Origin: Thaumarchaeota archaeon UBA223
Lineage (GTDB): Archaea; Thermoproteota; Nitrososphaeria; Nitrososphaerales; UBA57
Assembly (NCBI GenBank): GCA_002495905.1
Contig: DAHJ01000022.1
Coordinates: 1,008 to 65,007 of the forward strand
Length of the DNA: 64,000 nt
Direction: 5' to 3'
In this document: piece by piece, positions 27,428 to 35,581 of the stretch
How the letters are laid out: each line of letters opens with the position of its first letter
How positions within the stretch are numbered: the stretch's first letter is position 1
The notes under the pieces: model-generated
Database searches by the model: none
What the model saw: only the letters and a program-made list of their open reading frames with translations
Told to the model about the DNA's origin: nothing
Translations under genes and position numbers: made by a program

Positions 27428-28854
27428 TCATTCCCTATAGTCAATTGATTTAATAATACATCAGATGCAATCATATCATTTACGTCTTTCGAAATTTTTA
27501 CTGTGCCGTTTCCTTTCCCTAAAACAGTACCGATAACATGTGGATCATAACCTGATGATTTAAGTTCAGAGCTAATATTTGATATAATATTAGGAGAAGC
27601 AATTACTGCAACAGCTCCATTTGTACCTGCAGTAGCATTATCCATAAGAAAGTTATCAGTAGCATATTTAACAAATTCAGGATAACGTAAAGGAAGATTG
27701 TCAAGAGAGATATCAACCCCTGCATTATTTGCATGTTCTTTGAATATCATTATACCAGGACCAGATAGATCACCTGTAGCTAAAACATGTTCATTTATAT
27801 CAAAAGAACTTCCAAATTCAGGTAAATACTTGTTAATAATCTCTGCAACCTTCAAATTAGGTTGGTTCATAGTACTAATAACAGAATTTTTAGCGTTTTG
27901 AACGTCGTTAAGAGAATAACCAGTTTTTTCTAAGTCTTGAAGAAATGTTTCGTCAGCAACGCAGGACAAGAATACATTAATTGGAGCTAAATCTCCAAAA
28001 GGTCTAGTAACCAAGATTTGCATTCCAGTATCTAGAAGATCAAGTTTAGTAGGAGGTTCCTTTCGAAGAGTACCAAAAAGTGTGGCTCCAATCAATAGCT
28101 TTCCACGTTGTGGTGATTCGGAAGGAAGTAATTCAATACCATATTGATTAGCAAATGTTTTCATATTTTTAGAAATATTATTTTGAATTTCTTCATTTGG
28201 TGCATCGACAACTGGAGAAACTTTTAATTCTTCATAACAACCAAGAGAAATTAAATCATTAAGTGAATTTGATATAGCAACATTAGTCTGTTGTTCAGAA
28301 GATGGATCAGCAGTCGGATCAATAATTTGAATAGTATCATTATTAGATAGGCACCAGCCATCAGATCGTCCTTCTTCATAGGAAATAAAGTCAAATAATG
28401 CAAATTCAGCTTCTGGAAAACCGGTAATAATTGAATGTCCTTTTCCAACAGCAAAATGAACATCAGATTTAGATATTGATGTGTAAAGAGTGTCCAATAA
28501 TGCTTGGAATTTTTCTTGTTTTTCGGCATTTTTCTGAAATACTTGTAATAAAGAAATAGCACGCTTAGGATTGATTTGTTTTAAGTCATCGAGATCAATT
28601 TGTGGATCTGAAGGATTGTAAATTCTACGAGTAATAGTTGGTCCATCTCCAGTTAATGGAAATATATCAGCATCAACACGTTCGCCTAAAGATATTCCCA
28701 TTTGTTTAAGTCGAGGTTTTAGATTATGTAAACTAGGATAAACAACAGTGTCAAGATCTACTTTAACAGCACATCCTGCAACCCATCGAAGTGGATCCAT
28801 TCCCATTTCTCTATATTTGGAAACATTGTCCCAAAATTCTTGTTTTGTACTCAA
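27424..28854 (-). CDS. atypical long SelD-like (selenide/water dikinase-like) PurM-superfamily protein
   Basis: N-terminal WVAGCAVKVD resembles the SelD G-x-G-C-x-x-K loop. QQTNVAISNSLNDLISLG, GMQILVTRPFG and ATGDLSGPGIMIF...AGVD align by eye to SelD blocks. The start is uncertain: the track says 28959, which overlaps the divergent gene. I prefer the TTG at 28854; ATGs occur at 28806 and 28800. Confidence 0.65.
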   Translation of the reverse strand: MSTKQEFWDNVSKYREMGMDPLRWVAGCAVKVDLDTVVYPSLHNLKPRLKQMGISLGERVDADIFPLTGDGPTITRRIYNPSDPQIDLDDLKQINPKRAISLLQVFQKNAEKQEKFQALLDTLYTSISKSDVHFAVGKGHSIITGFPEAEFALFDFISYEEGRSDGWCLSNNDTIQIIDPTADPSSEQQTNVAISNSLNDLISLGCYEELKVSPVVDAPNEEIQNNISKNMKTFANQYGIELLPSESPQRGKLLIGATLFGTLRKEPPTKLDLLDTGMQILVTRPFGDLAPINVFLSCVADETFLQDLEKTGYSLNDVQNAKNSVISTMNQPNLKVAEIINKYLPEFGSSFDINEHVLATGDLSGPGIMIFKEHANNAGVDISLDNLPLRYPEFVKYATDNFLMDNATAGTNGAVAVIASPNIISNISSELKSSGYDPHVIGTVLGKGNGTVKISKDVNDMIASDVLLNQLTIGNE

Positions 28855-28921
28855 TGTAAAACAATTAATCGAATGTCGAAAGATATATAAATATAACGGC
28901 ATTATAAAATATCGATATAAG

Positions 28922-30136
28922 ATGTCAGATACAACAGTAAATAGAAGAGATTTCATCAAGTATATCGGGGGAGCTGCTGTAGGTTTAGGAATAGGAGGAG
29001 CAGGTTATCTTTCTGCCAATTCCCAAGTAAATACAGTAACAAGTGAACTTGAGAATGCTAATAGTGAACTCGATCAAATAAAAGAAGAACTTAAAGGAAG
29101 AGGACATTTAGGATATGTCTTTGGTGCGGAAGGATCGATTACAACACTTGATCTAGCACGTGGAAAAATCCTAGCTACATCCGGACCAACTTGGATTGCA
29201 GAAGCAGGAAGTATTGATTGGTGTAATCATTTTCCAGATGCTAATGGAAACATATGGGGACTAGTTAGAAAACCAGGTCAAGTAGGATCTACAATTGCAG
29301 TAAATCCAACTACTAATGAATTAGTTCATGATGTTCCATTAGAAGGTAGATGGAGAATAAGATTAGGAGAAACCGATGAAGAAGGAAAATATGGATACAT
29401 GTTAAATGGATATATTGCCGATAAATATGATTCAGAAAAATTCAATGCATCGAGAGATGAATTTGAAATTCCATATGAAGATATAGATCCAGGAGAAATT
29501 CATAAAATCGATCTTCTTAAGGGAGAAGTAGTCGATGTATTACCTGTTCCGAAATTCTGTTGTGATGTTGCAATAGCGCCAGATGGCAAATTATGGCTCG
29601 TAAATCAATTAGAGAGTTTGATTTCAGTAGTAGATACAAAGACATTCACAATTGAAGAACATTTAGCTACAGAATACTCTGACTATGGTGCAAGTATGAT
29701 AACAATTTCGCCTAACAATGATGTTGCATTTATCGAAGTAAATTCAGCAGGAAATTGGTCGAATGCAGGTGGATTCAAAAACTTTGATCCAATCGAGATG
29801 GTATGGGACATTAAAAATAAAGAAATGATAAAAGAATTTCCATTAGAAGCAGGTCCTCGTACTAGTGAATTTACACCAGATGGAAAATACTGTGTTGTTA
29901 GAACCAGACCAGCATCAATAGTATATGATGTTGAGAATTTGAGTGAAGTAAGAAAGATAGAAGTTGAGAACACTGGACACCCAGCTTTTAGTCCTGACAG
30001 CACTCTTGCATATATACCAAACCCTGGAAACAGTTCAATTGACGTATTTGAAGTTGGATCTTGGAAAGAGGTAGATAGTTTGAAAGTGCCTTATTCACCA
30101 TCAAAGATTGTTCCAATCAACACAAACAACTACTAA
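28922..30136 (+). CDS. Tat-signal YVTN-type beta-propeller protein
   Basis: The ATG at 28922 gives MSDTTVNRRDFIKYIGGAAVGLGIGGAG, a twin-arginine motif plus h-region. A short coiled segment follows, then repeated ...P.G...(Y/F)V.N...S.(I/V)SV(I/V)D-like blades (e.g. FSPDSTLAYIPNPGNSSIDVFEV). The track ORF start at 28748 is an upstream extension. Confidence 0.7.
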   Translation: MSDTTVNRRDFIKYIGGAAVGLGIGGAGYLSANSQVNTVTSELENANSELDQIKEELKGRGHLGYVFGAEGSITTLDLARGKILATSGPTWIAEAGSIDWCNHFPDANGNIWGLVRKPGQVGSTIAVNPTTNELVHDVPLEGRWRIRLGETDEEGKYGYMLNGYIADKYDSEKFNASRDEFEIPYEDIDPGEIHKIDLLKGEVVDVLPVPKFCCDVAIAPDGKLWLVNQLESLISVVDTKTFTIEEHLATEYSDYGASMITISPNNDVAFIEVNSAGNWSNAGGFKNFDPIEMVWDIKNKEMIKEFPLEAGPRTSEFTPDGKYCVVRTRPASIVYDVENLSEVRKIEVENTGHPAFSPDSTLAYIPNPGNSSIDVFEVGSWKEVDSLKVPYSPSKIVPINTNNY

Positions 30137-30145
30137 GTGGAATAG

Positions 30146-31216
30146 TTGTCAGAACAAGATAATCAAAGGATGCTATTAGTTAGCGCAATAATAACAGCGC
30201 TAACAATAGGTTTTTTGATTGGAGGAACTTTTGTTTATCATACAACCAAAGAAGTAGAAGTTGAACAATATCAAGCAGTAGTGTTCAACACTATTGGTAA
30301 AACAGCAACTGTAATAGACAATCATCTTCTTACTAGTTTAACAAACATCAATATTGAGATAGAAGAGGGTCAATATGGCGCACATTATAATGAAAAGAAT
30401 AACAAATTATATCTTATTCATGATGGTGAATCGGAATTGTTAACATTAGATCCACAATCACTAATAATACAATCAAGGGTTAGAGTGGGTCCAAATCTTC
30501 AACATGCAGGAATATTTGATGATAAAGGAGAGATATTTTTCTTAATCAGTAGAGATTCGAATTCATTGGTAATGATCAATACAACGACAGACAGGATAAT
30601 ATCAAGAATTGAAGTGCAAGAACAACCGCATCATGTAGCGTTGTTAGAAGATTCTGTTGCAGTTACAAATACAGAATCACAATCAATATCCATTGTAGAT
30701 CTCAAAGAATTAGAAGTAGTCAATAACATAAAGATTGATGCAGAACCTTTAATGATAGTATCAGATAATAATGAAAGAATTTTTGTTGGTGCAATAAGAC
30801 CTGCAAAGCTATTTTTCATAGATAATTATGAAGTAAAAAATAGTATTAATTTAGAATCAGATCCACACGGAATGGCATTAACTGGAGATGGAGAAAACAT
30901 CATTGTGACATTACCTGAAGAAAACAAGGTTTTGATTATAAGTATGAAGGGAGAGGTAATTAAGGAGCTGAAAACAGGGGATTTTCCTCATAATATCGAT
31001 ATTGAACCTAACGGAAACTATGGATATATCAGCAATAGTAATGATGCCACTGTATCTGTAATTGATTTGATTAAGTTCGAGATTGTTGCAACAATAGAAA
31101 CAGGAAATGGTTCTCATAATGTGCAATTTTACAACATAATGAACAGTAATACAGAATTAAACGTCGCAAAAGATGATTCAAAAATTGTTAGTGCGAATTT
31201 TAATTGTGGAGGTTAG
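30146..31216 (+). CDS. N-terminally membrane-anchored YVTN-type beta-propeller protein
   Basis: 356 aa. TM LLVSAIITALTIGFLIGGTFVY is followed by repeated blades (NSLVMINTTTDRII, SQSISIVDLKELEVV, NKVLIISMKGEVI, NDATVSVIDLIKFEIV). The start is TTG, with an alternative ATG at 30170. Confidence 0.7.
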   Translation: MSEQDNQRMLLVSAIITALTIGFLIGGTFVYHTTKEVEVEQYQAVVFNTIGKTATVIDNHLLTSLTNINIEIEEGQYGAHYNEKNNKLYLIHDGESELLTLDPQSLIIQSRVRVGPNLQHAGIFDDKGEIFFLISRDSNSLVMINTTTDRIISRIEVQEQPHHVALLEDSVAVTNTESQSISIVDLKELEVVNNIKIDAEPLMIVSDNNERIFVGAIRPAKLFFIDNYEVKNSINLESDPHGMALTGDGENIIVTLPEENKVLIISMKGEVIKELKTGDFPHNIDIEPNGNYGYISNSNDATVSVIDLIKFEIVATIETGNGSHNVQFYNIMNSNTELNVAKDDSKIVSANFNCGG

Positions 31217-31219
31217 ATA

Positions 31220-32317
31220 ATGTTAGAATATAATAATATTTTCTCACTTAGTGCAACTTTGCTTATTGGATTAGGATTTGGAATACTTTTACAGAAAGGA
31301 CGTTTCTGTTTTACTAGTGCATTAAGAGATTTTATTGCATTCAAAGATACAAGAGTACTAAATGGAGTAATTATTGGAATTGTAACAATGATGTTGGGTA
31401 CAAGTATAGCATATGTATTAGGGATTTCTAGCTCTAATTTTTGGGTTTCAAATTATGGTCTTTCGAACATAATTGGAGGATTCGTATTTGGAATTGGAAT
31501 GGTCTATGGAGGTGGATGTGCATCAGGTACATTATATCGTGCAGGAGAAGGATACATACATTACTGGTTGGTATTAATTTCAGCTTGTGTAGGATACATA
31601 GCTTTTGCTGCACTATTTCCAGAAATCTTTCTACCATATTTCTTCGTTCCATTACAAATTTTTGATGGTTACAGTGTCATTTCGAGTTTAGAATTATTCT
31701 CGCCGATTGTTCCAGTGTTATTAATTTTCGCATCAGTATTATATTTACGAAATAGAAATAAATTAATTATAAATCAAACAATTCAAAGTCTAAAATTATC
31801 AAATATTTCATCCAATAGTCTCAAGGCAGAATGGGATACAAAATTAGTGGGTGTTGGAATGGGAGTATTAGCAACATTGTGGTTTGTAATCTGGGGAACA
31901 TTAAGTGTGACAGGACCGCAAGCAAGATGGACAGGGTTAGTTTATAGCGAGTTATTTGGAATAGAAACTCTTCAGAACAATATTTACTGGAACAGTGTTG
32001 TATTTCGAGATGGAATATTTTCAATTAGTTTAGACATGATATTATTTATGAGTCTAATTTTTGGAGCATTTATTTCTGCATATTTGAGTGGAGATTTTAA
32101 AATAAGAACGATAAAAACGTCAAGAATTCCGAATGCAGTGATTGGTGGGCTAATAATGGGGTTTGGATCAAGAATGGCTCCAGGATGTAACATCAGTAAC
32201 ACGTTTAGTGGATTGGCATTTTTATCAGTAGCAGGTTTTATAACATCATTAGGTCTATTATTAGGAGTATATGTTGCAACACATTGGATGTTTAGAAAAT
32301 CCGGTTGTGCCATTTAG
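31220..32317 (+). CDS. yeeE: YeeE/YedE-family sulfur-compound (thiosulfate-type) permease
   Basis: 365 aa and polytopic. All three Cys-containing family motifs are present: KGRFCFTSALRDF, GGGCASGTLYRAGEG and PGCNISNTFSG. Confidence 0.88.
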   Translation: MLEYNNIFSLSATLLIGLGFGILLQKGRFCFTSALRDFIAFKDTRVLNGVIIGIVTMMLGTSIAYVLGISSSNFWVSNYGLSNIIGGFVFGIGMVYGGGCASGTLYRAGEGYIHYWLVLISACVGYIAFAALFPEIFLPYFFVPLQIFDGYSVISSLELFSPIVPVLLIFASVLYLRNRNKLIINQTIQSLKLSNISSNSLKAEWDTKLVGVGMGVLATLWFVIWGTLSVTGPQARWTGLVYSELFGIETLQNNIYWNSVVFRDGIFSISLDMILFMSLIFGAFISAYLSGDFKIRTIKTSRIPNAVIGGLIMGFGSRMAPGCNISNTFSGLAFLSVAGFITSLGLLLGVYVATHWMFRKSGCAI

Positions 32318-32322
32318 ATTAG

Positions 32323-32601
32323 GTGAACATGATGGAAGAAAGAACAGTTAATGACGAAGATTTGAAAGAAATTGAACAGAATGCAGTAATGATCGATATG
32401 GAGGGAGAAGTATGTCCTTATCCACAGATTATTGCACGAGAAGAAATAAAAAAGATTGAATCTGGGAAAATTGTAGTGATAAAAACGGATCACGTAATGG
32501 CAACAAAAGCTGTTCCTCAATCAGTGAGTAATGATGTTTCATATTTTGGGATATGGAAATCAGGTTCAGGTCAGTATAAAATAATACTATGGAAGAAATA
32601 A
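32323..32601 (+). CDS. TusA/YedF-like sulfur carrier (YeeE partner)
   Basis: 92 aa. IDMEGEVCPYPQIIAREE carries the CPxP motif. It begins 6 nt after yeeE. The track start is GTG, with an ATG 2 codons downstream. Confidence 0.8.
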   Translation: MNMMEERTVNDEDLKEIEQNAVMIDMEGEVCPYPQIIAREEIKKIESGKIVVIKTDHVMATKAVPQSVSNDVSYFGIWKSGSGQYKIILWKK

Positions 32602-32657
32602 CAATGTGGCATTTATGAATAGAATTATTAAGAATACAAGTTAAATAGAATTATAAG

Positions 32658-34148
32658 TTGACTTTAAGAATAGCATATGCAGGAATAATTCAATTAGTTG
32701 CACAATTTGCGACTTTATTAACAGGATTAATTTTTGTAACAATTGTAACAAGAAATCTTAGTGTAGATGAATTTGGTTTATGGCAAACATTAGGAAGTTC
32801 TGTAGGGCTATTATTAATTCCACTAGCGCCAATTAATTATTGGGCATTAAGATATTCAGCAAGAAATCAAGATGTAGGGAAAACATCACTATTGTCAGGA
32901 ATAATCACAATACCAATATTTGTATTAATTTACATAGGTATTGCACTTTCTGCTTCAGTTTCAATTGAATCAATATTAGTATATGTATTAATTTACAGTG
33001 TTCAGATTCCAATGCTATGTATTTGGGAAGTTACAAGACCAATTGCAAGATCATATAAACCTGAATATTTAGGATATGCAACAATTGGACTAGAAATAGG
33101 AAAAGTTCTTGCAGCATATTATACAATTAGCATACTCAGAATGGGATTAACAGGTGCAATTTTATCTTTAGCAGTAGGACAATTGCTGCAAATAATTATT
33201 ATTTGTTATATTATTAGACCTAAAATTAGGGGAAGATTTCATTTTCCAATTATTAAGAAATGGTATAAATCAGCATTGATACCAATCTCCAACGTATCAA
33301 TATCAAGATTGTCAATATCTGATTCGATTGTGGTATCACTTATGCTTGGATCCACAGCAGTAGTAGGAATATTTCAAGCAAGTAAGATATTTACATTAAT
33401 CATAAGATATAGCGAGACATTTGTACGAATTTTATATCCAAAGCTAATTCGAGATAAAATGAATTCAGATATTACATTAACAATAAAATTACAAAGTTTT
33501 TTCCTAGTTCCATTAGTAGTTGGCGCCTTAACTCTTTCAGAATCATTACTAGGTGTTCTTGGGCAGCAATATTCAGCAACAGGTAGCATACTAAGAATAC
33601 TAACAATAGTAGCAATAATGGAAGGCATAGAATTCGTTGTATGGAACATATTGACAGGAATTGAACAAATTGACGAGAATAGTGAAAATTTGGAATTTAA
33701 AAAATTAAGAAATAGCTGGTTGGTAAGACTTCCTTTAATTGATATATCAAAAAGTGTTGTGTATTTTGCGATTCTAGGAACTGTGATGTACAGTTATAGA
33801 GATTTAGGAAATCAACTAACACTAGCAACATATTGGTCGGTGATTTTACTTTTAATCACTTTGCCAGTAATGATCTATAAAATAATGCTATTAAGAAAAA
33901 CAATAACATTTGAATTTCCTACAAAATCGATAATTAGATACTTAGGATCAGGAATTGTTATGTCGGCATTTCTTTATTTCTATCAACAGATATTTGTTAG
34001 AACCGAAACAACAGCAATAGAATCTATCACATATCTAATAATACCTGGAACATCATCAGTGTTAATTTATTTAATCATAGTGTATTTGATTGATCCATTT
34101 ATTAGAAAATCAATATTAGAAGTAAAATCTACAATATTGAAAAAATAA
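32658..34148 (+). CDS. polysaccharide/oligosaccharide flippase (Wzx-like, MOP superfamily)
   Basis: 496 aa with about 12-14 TM helices. The N-terminal pattern (...LLTGLIFVTIVTRNLSVDEFGLWQ) is typical of polysaccharide biosynthesis exporters. The start is TTG. Confidence 0.65.
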   Translation: MTLRIAYAGIIQLVAQFATLLTGLIFVTIVTRNLSVDEFGLWQTLGSSVGLLLIPLAPINYWALRYSARNQDVGKTSLLSGIITIPIFVLIYIGIALSASVSIESILVYVLIYSVQIPMLCIWEVTRPIARSYKPEYLGYATIGLEIGKVLAAYYTISILRMGLTGAILSLAVGQLLQIIIICYIIRPKIRGRFHFPIIKKWYKSALIPISNVSISRLSISDSIVVSLMLGSTAVVGIFQASKIFTLIIRYSETFVRILYPKLIRDKMNSDITLTIKLQSFFLVPLVVGALTLSESLLGVLGQQYSATGSILRILTIVAIMEGIEFVVWNILTGIEQIDENSENLEFKKLRNSWLVRLPLIDISKSVVYFAILGTVMYSYRDLGNQLTLATYWSVILLLITLPVMIYKIMLLRKTITFEFPTKSIIRYLGSGIVMSAFLYFYQQIFVRTETTAIESITYLIIPGTSSVLIYLIIVYLIDPFIRKSILEVKSTILKK

Positions 34149-34159
34149 GATATAATAAA

Positions 34160-34235
34160 CAGGCCCGGAGAGACTTGAACTCCCGGTCTCCAGCTCCGCA
34201 AGCTGACGCCTTAATCCAATCTAGGCTACGGGCCT
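34160..34235 (-). tRNA. tRNA-Arg (anticodon GCG)
   Basis: The reverse complement folds by hand into a cloverleaf: acceptor AGGCCCG/CGGGCCU, D stem GCCU/AGGC, anticodon stem UCAGC/GCUGG with loop UU-GCG-GA, 5-nt variable loop, T arm GGGAG-UUCAAGU-CUCUC, and discriminator G. No CCA is encoded and there is no intron. Confidence 0.9.
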
Positions 34236-34258
34236 ACATATACTGGATGCAATAACTA

Positions 34259-34270
34259 GAATATAAAATC
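34259..34270 (-). promoter_or_regulatory. TATA-like box for tRNA-Arg
   Basis: On the minus strand, GATTTTATATTC is centred about 29 nt upstream of the tRNA 5' end at 34235. That is the usual archaeal TATA-to-start spacing. Confidence 0.4.
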
Positions 34271-34300
34271 AAATATAGATGAGAATGAGATATAGATATT

Positions 34301-35581
34301 GTGAGCTTGTCAAAAACAAAGGAATATGTAATACAATTTTTAACAAAATCAATTGGAATTCCAAATGAATTAGAACATATTTATGAAGATATACCAGAGG
34401 ATATAATAAAACAAATTTCTACATCATTAACTGGAAATGATATAGAAACAGAGACATTTGATCATAATTCCGCGCCTGAAGTTGATGAATTTATTATATG
34501 GGCAAAAGAGATTTACGAAGAAATTTGTAAAGATAATAACATACCTGCAATATGGAAGAGCAAATGGCCTAACGGAAAGAAATTTGCAGTTGCGTTGACT
34601 CATGATTCAGATAGTATAGAGGTTACGGAAGAACACCTGCAAGAAGTAAAAGAGAGATTCAGTGAAGAGGATTTGAAGGAATCACTAAATAATAAAAAGA
34701 ATTTGTATTGGAATGTAGAAAGGATAAAAGAAGTTGAAGATAAATTTAATTTTAAATCATCTTTTTATTTTTTAACGAGTGAATATAATGTTTCTAAATA
34801 CAAAGACACATTAAATGAATTGAATAGGGATGGTTGGGAAATTGGTCTTCATGCAGGATTTGAGACGCATGAAGATGGAGACAAAATGAATAATGATATA
34901 GAAGAATTCAAGAAACAATTAGAGATTCAGCCAATCGGTGTTCGTGAACATTATTTACAGTTCAATTATCATAAAACACTTGATTTTTTAGAAAGAAATA
35001 ATTTTGTATATGATACTTCACTAGGTTTTAGAGAACATCCAGGATTTCTATTAGGAACATCATTGCCGTTCAACCCTCCAAATGAGAATTGGGAAAAGAG
35101 AGACATATTAGAATTACCTTTAATCATAATGGACACAAGTTTATGGGGATATATGAAATTAGATGAGAATGAAGGAATGAAATTAATTGAGAATTATATA
35201 GAAAATACCAAAGAGTATGGAGGATTGCTTACTCTACTATGGCATCAAGAAGCATTTTTGATGAAAAAGGGCAATATTTATCCAAAGATACTAGAGAGAT
35301 TATCCAAAGAAGAGTGTTTTGTTTCTTCTGGAATTGGAATAGCAAGATGGTGGAATTCAAGAAGTGATGTAATTATAACAGTAATGAGCGATAGTGAGAA
35401 AGGATGGAAATGCATAATCAAGAATGTAGTAAAAGGGACTTGTATAGAAATGAAGAATTTTGATTTATCAAAGGAAATTTCGATAAATGGTAAAGGAAGG
35501 ATAATTCATAAATCAGAAGCAAATGGAGAGATATACTATAGGATTGAATTAGAAGGAGATTGTGAATTATTCTATGTCTAA
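34301..35581 (+). CDS. polysaccharide deacetylase-like (carbohydrate esterase 4-like) protein
   Basis: 426 aa. WPNGKKFAVALTHDSD, ...GWEIGLHAGFETHED and VREHYLQF resemble the NodB-type Asp/His motif series. The start is GTG. Confidence 0.5.
   Translation: MSLSKTKEYVIQFLTKSIGIPNELEHIYEDIPEDIIKQISTSLTGNDIETETFDHNSAPEVDEFIIWAKEIYEEICKDNNIPAIWKSKWPNGKKFAVALTHDSDSIEVTEEHLQEVKERFSEEDLKESLNNKKNLYWNVERIKEVEDKFNFKSSFYFLTSEYNVSKYKDTLNELNRDGWEIGLHAGFETHEDGDKMNNDIEEFKKQLEIQPIGVREHYLQFNYHKTLDFLERNNFVYDTSLGFREHPGFLLGTSLPFNPPNENWEKRDILELPLIIMDTSLWGYMKLDENEGMKLIENYIENTKEYGGLLTLLWHQEAFLMKKGNIYPKILERLSKEECFVSSGIGIARWWNSRSDVIITVMSDSEKGWKCIIKNVVKGTCIEMKNFDLSKEISINGKGRIIHKSEANGEIYYRIELEGDCELFYV

Noticed and set aside
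28748-28959. Long forms of both divergent ORFs (plus-strand start 28748, minus-strand start 28959), which would overlap each other by about 210 nt.
   Set aside because: The plus-strand ATG at 28922 yields a textbook Tat signal at the very N-terminus. The minus-strand extension (MMKSLLFTVVSDILYRYF...) has no SelD counterpart. The overlap would eliminate any promoter space.
34160-34235. tRNA-Arg as the attachment site of an integrated element.
   Set aside because: There is no integrase or recombinase in the window, and I could spot no direct repeat of the tRNA 3' end by eye. The neighbouring genes are ordinary glycan genes on both sides.
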